From contig OZ199839.1 in NCBI GenBank assembly GCA_964304625.1, forward strand, positions 11,668,335 through 11,732,334: a stretch of 64,000 nucleotides of DNA, given 5' to 3'. The notes below the pieces were generated by a model that was given only the letters and a program-made list of their open reading frames with translations, did not search any database and was not told the DNA's origin. Shown here piece after piece: positions 26,488 through 39,490 of the stretch (the first letter of the stretch is position 1; the number at the start of each line of letters is the position of its first letter). The DNA is from Kudoa neothunni. Lineage: Eukaryota; Animalia; Cnidaria. The translations under genes were made by a program, and so were the position numbers.

Positions 26488-28377
26488 CAGTCGAGATTGG
26501 ATATTACGTGATTCGGTATTGCGTAATTTAAGATTTTCGATATGAAGATATTTACATTGGGACTTAATTTTAGAGTTATATCATTACTTTATTTATTAAA
26601 TTAATAATATAGAATAAAAATAAAAAAATATTTTTTCTATGTGCCTCTGATTTAGTATTGCGTAAAACCTTTTTATTGCGTAACGTAAATTACCAACGTG
26701 ACTCGATATTGCGTGATTTCATCTTCGATATGTCCAGGGAGCAGCGTGAAATTTCTGAGAAAATTAGAATAATACAATATTACAATTCAATAAAATCAAT
26801 AAAGGGCGCAAAGAAAATGACGGTTGAAAAGTTTAAACTTAGTGGTATGATTATTTTTAATCGATAACAATTTATTTCTTAAAGGACATTCAACGCTTGA
26901 CAGAATTATTTCTCATGAAACCAAGCTTAAAAATTCAGATGTTGCAGGAAATAGGAAGAGGCATTCAATTGGAAGATTTATCAACATAAACGAAGAAGTT
27001 TATGAATGGTTTACCAAAAAACACACCAATGGTCACATTTCTGGTGACGTAATACTTGAAATGGCCACCATAATTGCCAGAAAGAATGAAGTTCAAAATT
27101 TTAAAGCAAGCAGGGGTTGGCCAGCTGGGTTTAAAAAAAAAATTGGAACCATTTTCAAGCGTTTTCATGGTGAAGCTGCGAGCGCTAACGTCGCGTCTAT
27201 TGATTCATGGATCTATGAAAATAAAAATTTGATAAGCATATATAGCCCATAAAATATAATCAATATTGACGAAACTGGTTTATTTTATGAGCAATTACAG
27301 AAAAATAGTTATTTATTAAAAGAAGAAAATGACATTAAAGATAAAAAGCTATCGAAAAAAAGAATAACGATTTCGGTATCGTGCTCTTTAAGCGGAGAAA
27401 AGTTGCCCCTAGTCGTAATTGGGAAATACCAAAACCCCAGGTGCTTCAAGGGGGTAAAAAATTTACCTTATGAGTATTATGCCCAAAAAAATTCTTGGAT
27501 GACCTCTGCTATTTTTTTCCAGATAATGAAAAAATTAAATTTTAAAATGGAATCAGAACAACGAAAAATACTACAAGTGTTTTACAGCCACTCGATCTCG
27601 GAGTGATTAATTGTCTCAAAAGTAGATATAAAAAAATATTGTCTAGCCATATGGCATTATGTGATGATTCGTTAAATAATAAATTTACATTACTTAATGC
27701 AATTTTGACACTCCAAGAAGCATGGAACAGTATTCCATCTGAAATTATTGTCAACTGTTTTAAAAAGTCGGGCATATTTAGCGAAAGTAAAAGCTAATGC
27801 GAACTTCAAAAATCAATCCATTATCATAGAAGATACAGAGACGGAAACAAATGATAAAATTTTAGAAGATGAATAGAATATAAATATACAATAAAATTTT
27901 AATATTTTTATAGTCGAGGAGGAAACATGGGAGATTAACTTTGATGATGATAACGGCGATGTCTTAATATCAACAGTGAATCCAATTCAGAATGAAATCG
28001 AATCTAATGAGGAAGAACCAAAAGTTCCAATAAAAGATATAAAGCATGCCGTAAGTACATTAAGGAAGGTGTTTATTCAGGAAGATCCATCTGGACTCAT
28101 CGATCTTCATCCGACAATTGATCGAATTTTAAAAATATCTCAAAGATAGCACCAAACTAAAATTACTTCATTTTTTCATAAAAATTAATAATTTTGTCTG
28201 GTTGAGTTAAATAAAATTCCTTATATTTATTTTATTTCACTAGCAATGATTTAAAGTAGGATAAACGCACAAAACAAGTTCAAATCGAATAATTTTACAA
28301 GTGCGCTCATGTGCGTGACTCGATATTGCGTAATTTTTCCTTGGTCCCAAAAATTACGCAATATCGAATCTCGACTG
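26488..28377 (+). mobile_element. pogo/Tigger-like DNA transposon, defective
   Basis: TA-flanked TIRs CAGTCGAGATT(G/C)GATATT and repeated GATATTGCGT subterminal motifs. Protein motifs FKASRGW, NIDETGLFY, KRIT..GEKLPLVVIGK..NPRCFK, SWMTS, QPLDLGVI, AW..I...NCFKK. Confidence 0.9.
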
Positions 28378-28379
28378 TA

Positions 28380-30002
28380 TTTCAATTTGGAAAATTGCCA
28401 GCAGTATAACTTTAAGAAAATTGCTCGAAAGTGCACATGGAAAAGAAGTTCCATTGTCCTATGACGCAATTTTTAATTCATTAATCATTGTGGAAAACTC
28501 AAGACCTGCACTCTGTTGTGACGAATGGACATCAAGGTAAAATAAACGTTTCCTTAATATCCAAGCCTATTTCGAGGGGAAAAATCTCTCTTGGTGTAAC
28601 AGGAGTGACAGAAAGATGCACAGGTGTAGAATTGGCTTGATTAATAAATAAACAACTCTGCAAATTTGGAGTCAATTCATTATTTATGTGCATTGACGGA
28701 GCTTCGAACATGGAAAAATGTACGTATGAGCTGGAATCTGATGAATTAGAATTTGATGAGCAGGAGTTTGTTCTTATGTCCAACTTTTTTGATGTTGTTT
28801 CTCGGGCCAGGTCAATTATCAATTTTTTTTCAAGATCTGGATTGGCTACCGACACATTAAGGAAGTCGTGTGAGGAAAAAGGAATACAATATTTATCTCT
28901 AAATTCTGATTGTGTCACACGTTTGTCCAGTTTATATCAAATGTTGATAAAGTTCGTTCAAATGTACCAGGCAATAGAGCATACTTATTCTATTCTGGAA
29001 AAGGAATTATCAGTAGACAAGGACGAAATAATTGTCATCAATGTAATTACTTACATAATATTTTTATGAATGATTTACAATAAAGGAACTAACATCATCT
29101 CTTGAAATTGTACATCGAGCTGTTCTTAGATTGTCTGAGTCGGTTATTAATTTGGCGCAATGTGATTTTATATTGACAGGCGCAATAACTGAACTCACAC
29201 TTATTGAGGGATCAATTGCATCGAAACTAAAAGAAAACGTCATCAAGCGCTGCAAAGAAAGACGGACAATTTGGTCGGATATTTTTTTAAATCTAAGTTT
29301 TGATTCAAAAATCTGTGACAAAAGTTTTTTCTACAAAAGACAGTCACATTTTGAGCTAGAGGAAACGATAAACTTTGTTGAGCCAGTTGATCAAATTGAA
29401 AGTGAAGCCCCTGAGTCTAATTTGGACTTAGAAGATTCGATAAATTACGTTTCCGAGCCCAAGCGTTTAAAACTTACCGACTCAGATGAAACCCTCAATT
29501 TTACATGTCATGACGTGATGATGGATCGCTTAGAAAGAGTTCGAAAATCCTTTTCTAACATAAGATCCACGAGCATTGATTCCGAAAGATGTTTTTCCTT
29601 GTGTAATCACATCATAACCCCACTAAGAACAAGATTGAGCGATTCAAAACTCGACATTATCGTGTTTATTTATGAAAACCGAAATAATTAATTTTTGTTT
29701 GATTCTAATGATATTTGTTATGATGCATTATGTAGAATTCTAACATAAATAGACTATAACCACTTTTAAAAGGAAGGATCTATCATATTTTGAGAATTAA
29801 ATTTTTTAAAAAGAGAATACAAAATTAATTAAACTGTAAGATAATTTTAAACCTTTTTATAAAAGTATGTTTAAGAGTGAATAGTTTATATTTATATTTT
29901 CGTATAAATCATTAAATATTTCTTCTAAATAATTTAAAAAAAATAACAAAAAATCGAAAACCGATTTTAAAAAAACCGAAAACCGAACCGAATTAAACCT
30001 TA
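28380..30002 (+). mobile_element. hAT (Ac/hobo-like) transposon, 5'-truncated
   Basis: DEWTS, DGASNM and DCVTRLSSLYQM motifs, plus the hATC dimerisation motif TSIDSERCFS..RTRLSD. AACCG subterminal repeats and a ..AAACCTTA terminus. Confidence 0.85.
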
Positions 30003-30260
30003 TTTTTATCCATCTTTGGAGACAACAAGAGGGACATATCTTCAATGCTCGTATCGCTATCAACATCTTCGTCATTGTTGACTGACTCATTAATTATGTC
30101 ATCCAAGTCCTCTGAACCACTTTCAATGTATAGTGTATCGTCAACACTTTCATAATCGTTTAAAAAAATATGTTTTTTGTCATAATTCATTTTTTAAGCA
30201 AATTTATTGTTGAGAGATCAAGTTTGTCATAAAATAAATTCAATTAAAATTTTTGATTAA

Positions 30261-32538
30261 CCTTTCCGTGCCTAGTGATGCCATATGGCATCATTTTGTT
30301 AATTAGCAAATTTCTCCGTTATTACATATTTCTGCAAGACAAAATTTGTCATATTATTAGATGAACATCAACGTGATCATTCAAAAATTATGAAAGTGTT
30401 AGGTTTTATATTTTCATGTAATAAAATAGATAATAATACTTGCTGTTGAGATTAGCAAAACTGACCCCTTCGAACGATAACTATAAGACTAAAGAAACAG
30501 TTTTACTCAACTGATAAAAATTTATTGTATTAGTGTAATAAAATATTTTTAAAAATATAGATTAAAATTGTGGAAAGTTTTAACACTAAGGTTCAAAATG
30601 AAAAATAAACAATGATACCATATGGCATCACTCGGCGGGGGCCGATTACACGTGGGAGAATGATGAAGGATGCTGATTTTATTAAAAAAACAAATTCGGG
30701 AGGATGATGAAACTTTTAATAATTCTGTCAGTGATAACGACTTTTCTGAAAGCGAAAACGATACGGTAACTCCTGACGTTGATCCTAGGTGGATTCTAAA
30801 TGAATCTTTTGATGGTAAAAACTCAACTGCATCAAAATCTATTTTTAAGGAAGTTGATGGTGATATTTTTGAACCAATTTATTATTTCAATCAGTTTTTT
30901 AACGACGCCCTTTTTGAACTAATTTTAAATGAAACGAATAAATACGCATCAACATTAAATTCGTCGTTTAAAACTACAATTGAGGAAATCCGGCTATTAA
31001 TTGGTATTCTTATTCGAATGTCTGTCGTAAAACTGCCCCGATATAGGAATTATTGGTCAACAAAATTAATTACAACACCATATCCGACAGAATGACGAGG
31101 GATAGATTCGATTCGTTATTAAGATATTTACATTTCTGCGACAATAACAATATTGTTTTAAATCCTAATAACGATGGTTACGACAGGGTTTTTAAGATAA
31201 GACCTGTCCTTGACATAATACGGCAGGCTTGCTTAGTTATCGAGCCTGAATACCATCAATCCGTTGATGAGCAAATTATTCCCTTTAAGGGGAAATCGGT
31301 CTTAAAACGTTATTTACCATTGAAACCTACCAAACGAGGTTTTAAAGTTTTTACGAGGAATGGTGCCGGTGGAATTATCCATGATTTTTACTTTGAATCT
31401 GGAACTACTTTAATGTTACAACATCTACGGGGAATAAGTCATCGGACATAGTGTTGAAACTTTGAATAGTTCTAAATATCATAAATACTATGATAATTAC
31501 TTTTCAAGTTTAACTTGCATGCCAAACTTTTGGAGCTTGGTTACTTTTCTACCAGCACCATAAGAAAAACTCGCATGACAAAGTGTCCTTTTAAAGCAGA
31601 AAAAGAGTTTAAAAATCAACCTAGAGGAAGTTTTGAATATAGAATCTATTGTCTAAATAACTCAAAAATAAATGTTGTACGCTGGTTAGATGGATCTATC
31701 GTTAATGTATCATCCACTTTTATTCTGCCTTTCCGATGTCTTCTGTACAAAGGTATGACAAAAAACATAAAAAAGTTCTCAATATCAGTTATCCTCGAAT
31801 CTTAAAAATGTATAACAAGTACACGGGTGGGGTCGATTTGTTTGATATGTTGATGGCATTGTATCGATTAGATCATAAGTCATAAAAGTGGTACATCAGA
31901 ATATTTTTTTGGTGCTTAAATCTCTGCTTACTAAATGGATGGCTCATTTATCGCAGACAATGTAAACTAATGGATATAGACAGTAAAAAGATTATGGATC
32001 TTCAAAACTTTACATTAGAGGTAAGTGAGCACCTAATGTTTTACTGCCAAAACATAGAACGTGTGCCAAAAAGGGGTAGACCATCATCCACCGAAGTGAC
32101 CGTCAACCAAAGTATGCCTAATCGCAAGCGAACGTCCGATGGAATGTTTCATTATCCAGAATCTAGAAATGAAAAAAGAGATGCAAGTACTGTTCAATGT
32201 ATTCTAGGATTTACTGCATAAAATGCAACGTCGCTCTGTGCCTTAACATTAGCAGAAATTGTTTTAAAGAATACCATACAATATAAAAACACCATTTTTC
32301 GTTCTTATTTTCTTTATAAACAGCAATATTGTGCTTGGTTTTTTGAACCGCGCTTGCACATTAATGTGTTTGAAAATTTGGGACGGCCGAGTGATGCCAT
32401 ATGGCATCATGCATGTAACTTTTATTTTAGCACAATCAAATCCAAAAATGTTACACACGATTTATTTTACTATAAAAATGTCATATATGTTATCAAGTAT
32501 TTTTTTCCATCTGTCAAAAAAATTTCGGCGTCAAAGGG
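30261..32538 (+). mobile_element. piggyBac family B (PGBD2/3-like transposase), defective
   Basis: TTAA TSDs at 30257-30260 and 32539-32542. The palindrome TGATGCCATATGGCATCA occurs at 30276, 30613 (variant) and 32392. Motifs MTRDRF..LHF, SVDEQIIPFKG, DNYF, YNKYTGGVDLFD, with frameshifts and stops. Confidence 0.92.
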
Positions 32539-32551
32539 TTAAACATATAAT

Positions 32552-35500
32552 GGTAGTGGGGGAGTGTGTGGCACTTAAAAATCACTATCTTGCGCATGTT
32601 CCTTCTTCGTAATTTTTTCACGATTGTTTATAAGAAAATAAAATAACACCGAGAGCAAAGATCCAGCTCAAAATAACTTCTAAATTCTAACAATTCTTAA
32701 CCCGAACGTTGTCGGATGCACGTGCAATCTCCATCGTGTGACAATAAACATTGAATTTTCTCTTACTCTCTCCTCTTATTAACTCGACTATAACATATTA
32801 TCAATATTTAAATTTTCGTCTATTTTAATATAATAACTTTAAATTGAGAAACTTAAAAACAGACCCTTCGCATTTTCCACAAAAAACATCATATTTTCTA
32901 TTACATATATATGTTGTATTAACTACAAATGTATATAAACAAGTTTAATATAGGTATGTTTAGTTTATAATTTTTTTGGACGATTTTATATTTACTTATA
33001 GAATGGTTATACATGCATTTTTATTAACATTTATTAACTGCGGAAATTATATATGTTAATAATAACATTCCTAAAAGTTCATTACGTTAAAGACCTTATG
33101 AAAAAAATCTGTGCACAAATATTTTATTGAAATGTGTTTATTTAACAATTATTGTTGATAAATAAAAATGGGAGCCAGAATCAAATTTGAGTATAAATGT
33201 AGTGTAACGATTATCATAGTAATCGCAATAATTTCTACACAACATGTTTAAAATAATACATTTGTCAAATTGTTACTATTTTATCACAAATTATGGGCAA
33301 TATTATATATTATATGTTATAATGATCGCATAATTCTCAATTAAAATTATTCAAACGGTGGCAATAATTTAATTATTTTAATGTGTTATTTTTTAATCTA
33401 CATATTTGCTTCATTACCAAAAAGATCATTTAGAAAATTTTAATATTATATTGTATTTTTCAGGTAAATAAATCTTTTCGAAATAATAAAAGAATTATAT
33501 AGTAATGGAATCTTCACTGAGATATTATGTTTATTAGGCAAACAATTTTTTATTGTTATTCTCATTTCATTAAATCAGGGGTTCTCAACCAGGAATAAAT
33601 TAAGTAACATCAAAATTGGATGTGGAATTTTTTGCTTTATGTGCGTGGGATGTATTGCAGGATTTCTAAGGAATTATATTATGCGGGGCTATTAAAATCT
33701 ATATGAATTAAGGAGGAATTCTTATTAAATTTTTTAGGAATAAATATTTAACAGTTATTTTAAAAGTATTATCAATCTCTATCTTTTATGCCTCTTTTAT
33801 TTTTTGGTGATGCATCCCCTAATAATTATAATTATACTTACCATGACTATTTTCATGGTAATTAATATTTATGGGTCAAAAGTTGTGACCGCTTTAATTA
33901 TGTCTAGGCCATATGAGCTAAGAAATTGGCAACAAATAATTTACTTTAGCAAATCTGAAAAATTAAATCTATATATCTTATAATATACGACATATATTCT
34001 TTATGCATTAAAAAAAGTTGCAATATCGTTAATTTAATAATTTTTGCATAATCATAGATAGACATATATTTATTTATTCAGTAGCATAGTTAATCATACT
34101 AAAAACGTTATTTAAAAGTTCAAATTTTTTCCCATTGTTATAGTTTGGGATTAAGGCCGCGCAAAAGAAAGAGAACTGGAATAAAATAGACTAAAGGTAG
34201 TGATGGTATTCCTCTCCGTTTAGTCGTGTCTATGTATATCTATAGCGTGGGCCCCGCGTCGGTCCCCACCGGGTCGCCCACCCGGGAACGACTTCCCTCT
34301 TTATTGTGAGGGATCGTGATTCTCGGATTATGACACCCATAAATTTATCTGAACCATTCCTCAGATAAATATGCTTCTAAGTTTTCAAAAGAAATTCCTC
34401 TTTTTATTCATAGGAATTTTGTTTTCAGCCTTCCCCAGCAAGCCTCGATGGTATTAGTGTGACACCCATCGCGAACATATTCTATAGAATGATTAATTTT
34501 TATATGATTATAACCAAGTGATGATAAACTATTGTAGGCAGATTACTCATCATTAAAAATGGTCGACCCAGAAATGACTTCATTCTTAATAATTTCGGTC
34601 AAGGTTTCGGAATTTCCTTTTTCGACGTAGAAGTATCGAACCTCCTTTAGCCACCTTTTGTTATTGTCGCCGACTTGACAAAGTGTCAAACCAAATATCC
34701 ACGGCTCGTCAAAACGGTCACCGTATCTTTCTCTTCTTGCTGAATTCATATACTTAAATGAATAGAACAAAGTAATCATATATTACTTGAGGAATTATCC
34801 GACACTTCGTTCTCTGATGGTTCATATTGGCTTCCGCTCATAACATCGATTGCTACAGGATCAAAAGTATAACAAGCCATAATAAAGAAATATAATGCAT
34901 CAAATAATAGAGATAATCACTTAGATCAACAAATTCTTTGTTCGGAGACCTCTTCCAAACGTCTCCTTTTAAATAACGGCCACGGCTATTTTTTCGTTTT
35001 ACGCGGAGAAGAGTTTCGTCTATTTCTACTACGAAACCTTCTCCACCAAATTTGGATCGTTGGTTAAAGTTCTGGGCGAAAATATCTCGTAGCTTCGTAA
35101 ACCACATAGCCACCGTTTTCTTGTCAGAATGAATCAATTCGGAGGCGGATAAAATAGAATTATCCATAGATCCGTAATAAATAATTTCACAAATTTTTTC
35201 GACCGTCAGGTTATGAGATGGACCATGACAACTTGAAATAGAAAAGAATGTCCCATTCCTCGGAGATACCTTGGTTTTGCATCTAAATCCCGTCAAGGTG
35301 GTTTTTAGAGACAACGCTATTATTTTTTACAAAAATAGCAAAACATATCATCATAATTATTCCGTTCGTATGATGTCATTTCTGAAATAGGTCTTCTGAC
35401 ATTTGGTTTTCGTTTTGTTGATGAAAAACATTTAAAATTATAACATTTAGAGCACCTATGAGGTTGAGAACGAAGATACCTTTTATGTAGCAATGCATTA

Positions 35501-35903
35501 AATAATTTCATGGGATCATTAATTAATGAAAAAAAAGCGTTATCTCCTAGAAAACTTAACGAATCCATTTCCTTAACACATGCGAAGCTAACCCATTATT
35601 TTATTAACGAAGTTTATATGTTATTCCAATAAAGGAATTAAATTATTACGTTCAATAATAAATCATGAATAGAATGATTAATTTGAAAATAAAAGAAAAT
35701 TCAATGTTTACTGTCACAAGGAGGAGATTGTACACACATTCAACAGTGTTCGGGTTAAGAATTGTTAGAATTTAGAAGTTATTTTGAGCTGAATCTTTGC
35801 TCTCGGTGTTATTTTATTTTTTTATAAACAATCGTGAAAAAAATACGAAGAAGGAACGTGCGAAAGATAGTGATTTTTAGGTGCCACACACTCCCCCATT
35901 ATC
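32552..35903 (-). mobile_element. Merlin (IS1016/ISXO2-like) DNA transposon, defective
   Basis: ~160-bp TIRs starting GG and an 8-bp TSD CATATAAT (32544-32551, 35904-35911). Motifs GGEGFVVEIDET, WIFG, L..II...V..GSTI..D, H..INHS, HTNTIE..W. Confidence 0.92.
33576..33720. mobile_element. hAT-type MITE fragment nested in the Merlin element
   Basis: CAGGGGTTCTCAACC Charlie-like terminus. The second end was not found. Confidence 0.35.
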
Positions 35904-36064
35904 CATATAATTAGTCATAAATTGTTTTAGAATATTTTAAATTTCTTATGAAATATAATATTAAATTTGAATGATGTAATTATAGTACAAAATAGGAATT
36001 TCGTAAACAACTACACGCGGAACGAAATAGCCTCTCTCAGGTATTTACGTAACTTTTTTTTATT

Positions 36065-36299
36065 GTCGAGGACACATACCACATCGGTGTAACACACGGA
36101 CTCAGGACCTTGACGTAATGGGTTCGAATCCGCCGGTGATCAAATTACTGCTTCCGTGTCGGTGGGTCTCTATCCCATATACGAGAGCTGTGGTTAAAAT
36201 GTACGTTAGCTATGAAGTGAGGAAAGCGTGAATGGGAGTTTGAATCTCCGGAACCCATCGAAAGGCAAGTAATTTGCAGTCCCCACAGAGCCAACGTCC
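36065..36299 (+). mobile_element. tRNA-derived SINE, 3'-truncated by a piggyBac insertion
   Basis: B-box GGTTCGAATCC (~36121). It sits at a T-run that is empty in the paralogue (~58600) and is homologous to 13967-14082. Confidence 0.65.
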
Positions 36300-36303
36300 T
36301 TAA

Positions 36304-38722
36304 CCTTCCGAGCGCTTTAGGGTCTATTAGACCCCAATGCATATTGTGTTACTAATTTTATATACTTATTGGAATCAGATAAGGTTTATATCCGGTTTAT
36401 TCTCCTAGAAGGGGAGCGTGAATATTATAATCATTTATTTTATAAAAATATTAAAATTACAAGGGAAATAAATAAACTTTATACACTTTGCGCTTTTTGG
36501 GGTCTATTAGACCTCATGTTTTTATTGATCTAAACAACTGTAAAAATTATTATATGCATCATATTAAAATTAAAACAGATTCTATCGAATAAATTTGGAA
36601 AAAATAACGAAACAAACGTCTACGATGATCTGCGAAGAAGGCCGAACAATACGGCTGTAGATATGAGTGTATCTGACTATGTATATTCTGGTAGTTGTGA
36701 AAGTTACTGCAGCAAATCCTTTGATATAGAACATTATAGCGATAACCTGTTCGATTCTTTCGAATCTGATGATAATGATATTGAATCCTCTGATGTATAC
36801 TCCGACAAAAATGGTGTAATATGAAATATTGAAGCCCCGAAAACATCGAAAATGTGCAAAGAAAATATTTTAAACAAAGCCACTGGTGTTACTGCTTATT
36901 TACTACATAGAATAAAAGGATTTTCTGATTGATTAGATATATTTGTTGGTGATAGTATTTATGATACCATTTTACGGAATACAAATAATTTTGGCTTATA
37001 TCACTACAGACGATCTTGGAAACAGTTATCAAATGTAAAATTTCGCACCAAAACAAGTGTGCTAATATATATGGCAATATTTAAATCAAAATTAGAGTCT
37101 TTAAAAACACTGTGGAGTAAGGATAAAGGTAGGGAAATATTCGATAAGTGGAAAGAAATTCTTCCTATTTGTCTTGTTCCAAATTCCAATTTAACCGTTG
37201 ATGAGCAGCTGGTTGCTTTCAGGGGGAATTGCCCATTCAAGCAATACATGTGTTCTAAACCGGCTGTGTATGGAATCAAATTTTTCTTTCTTTTTTTTAA
37301 ATCATCAACGAACTTTTGTCACAATATCTCGATTTATCTTGGGAAACTAAATAATCAAAGATTAAACTGTTCAAGTGAAAACATAGTGCTAGAGCTTGTG
37401 TCGTATTTAAAAGACGGTGGTAGAAATATTGTCGCTAATAATTATTTCACGTCAGTTTCCCTCGCCAATAAACTATTAAACCTCGGTATGATTATGGTTT
37501 AAACAATCAGGACAAACGAAAAAGACATCCCCGAAGTATTGAAGGCAAATAAATCAAGGAACTTTATAGTTCACTGTTTCTTTTCCTTGGGAAAAATGTT
37601 GTTGTCTTACGTGCCAAAAAAATAAGTCAGTTATACTTTTCGTTACCTCCCCAGTAAATGAAAATATGGCTTCTGATGAATGCAAAAAACCTGAAGTCAT
37701 TACATAGTACAATAAAAATAAAGGTGGTGTTGATATTGTCGACCGAATTCTCGCTTCGACTAGTGTCAAAAGATACTCAAGATGCTGGTCAATCGTTGTT
37801 TTTTTAATATTTTAGATATCAGCCTAATACATTCATTTTATCTTTGCATAGCCGTATTTAATGACAACAAAATTAGGAGAGAACAGTTTCTGGATAAACT
37901 TGCGGACAAATTTGTCAAACCATTTGTGTTAGAAAAAAATGTGCTGGTTAAAACTCAACTATCATCAAAAAATTATCCTATTCCTTTGCCAAATTGCCGA
38001 AAATCATGTGAGCTATGTTCAAGGAACAATGACCGAAAAACTAAGAATTCGTGCATTATTTGTTTAAGATTTTGTTGTAAGAAATACTCTCAGTTTGTCT
38101 GTGTTGGTTTCTCAGCAGATAATAGAAATTAACATGTTTTGATGATGGTTTTCTATCGTTTCACCTCAAGTAATTTGAGATTTCTCTCAATTAAAATTTA
38201 AGTTGCAAGTAGGATCATTCGAATTCGCTTGAACCATTTATTAATTACATCGACTTCATTCATTTAGGATGACTGTTTTAATTCTTATCAATAATATTAC
38301 GATATTTATTTAACGGAATGCTGTAAAAATATATACGCGTATGTAATTAAGGTTACTTATTAGAATATTTGATGAGTTTTCTGTTAAATCATTCAGGTTT
38401 ATAAATGTTAGAATATGAATTTAACGATCAAATTCTCCTGAAATCAATTTATTTTGTGAATGAGAAACCATTATTATCACATGAGATTGGGGCGATGTAA
38501 CCTTAAGAAGGAATTAAATCTATCATGACGCGTTAGCCCCCCTTGTACATTGTCGCCATATAATATTTTTACAATAGTGTATAAATTCCTCGATAGAATT
38601 TTTTCCAAATTCACATACGGGCTTAAAAAAAACTATCATCTTTAATGAGTCAATAAAAACCTTGGGTCTAGTAGATCCCAATAAACACGAAGTGTATAGT
38701 GGATTTTTAGGCTCTCAGAAGG
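36304..38722 (+). mobile_element. piggyBac family A, copy 2, defective
   Basis: TTAA|CCTTCCGAGCGC ... GCTCTCAGAAGG|TTAA. Motifs LTVDEQLVAFRGNCPFKQYM, YNKNKGGVDIVD, and a C-terminal Cys-rich domain. Subterminal GGTCTA-TAGACC palindromes. Confidence 0.92.
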
Positions 38723-38726
38723 TTAA

Positions 38727-39490
38727 ATAATCTTGATTCTGAGTAAGGAGACGTTATCTATCATAACAATGTACGTAGGTTATGTGTTAGAAAAAGTTTT
38801 GAATAGATTATATTATATGAGCGACGAAATTAAGGTTTTTCTTAAAATGAAAGCTTTGAATTGTGACTTTATCGATAATAAATACTGTGATGAGTGGAGG
38901 TCTGAGTTTATGTTCGCATTTGACATCTTTGAAAAACTCAATGGCTAAAACCTAAATTTTTATGTTAAACAGCTTATGAGTTATAAAATGTTCAACCACA
39001 TTAAATCTTTTGAAGCGAAACTATCCCTTTTTAGTAATCAAATAAATGAAGGGAATTTACTCACTTTCAATTGTTTGCAAAAGAAAAAGTTCCTCCGGCT
39101 ATTCGTATTACAACAAAAAGCCATCTGAAATCTTTATTAGATGATTTCGATAGAATATTTAAATACTTTTGACAGGGTGAACCAAAATTTCAAATACTCA
39201 CATCGTTATTCTCTGATGAGGTCAATACGACTCTGACGAGCTTAAGCTTGAACTGTAGATTATTAAAAGAATTGTTTTTTGCTATTCCATTAGTAGAATT
39301 TTACAATTCGTTACCTGCTAAGAGTTTCCCATGCGTTAGAAATTTTGCTTCAGAAATATTTTCTATGTTTGGGTCAACCCATATTTGTGAGCAAAGTTTC
39401 TCCTGTGTGATAATTAATAAAAACAATAATAGGTCTTTGGCGCAGACAAAAACCTAGGAGCCGTACTCAGGATATCTTCAAGCAACCTAA
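38727..39490 (+). mobile_element. hAT (Charlie/SPIN/GTF2IRD2-like) transposase 3' remnant
   Basis: GDVIYHNNVR, W..EFMFAFDI, and the dimerisation motif EFY..L..F...A....SMFGSTHICEQSFS. Confidence 0.8.

Larger units (their letters stand above)
26026..36060 (-). mobile_element. piggyBac family C, copy 1, shattered by nested insertions (host pieces 26026-26487, 30003-30260, 32539-32551, 35904-36060)
   Basis: Starts ATAA|CCCTCGAATA. The pieces are collinear with the uninterrupted paralogue at 56100-58769. Confidence 0.8.

Noticed and set aside
32551-32564. TGGTAGTGGGGGA resembles the 3' part of U1 snRNA
   Set aside because: It is the start of the Merlin TIR, mirrored at 35893-35903, and no other U1 elements surround it.
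36065-36140. Possible tRNA gene (GGTTCGAATCC)
   Set aside because: No convincing cloverleaf or acceptor stem. It continues into a body shared with another repeat and is absent from the paralogous empty site, so it is treated as a SINE head.
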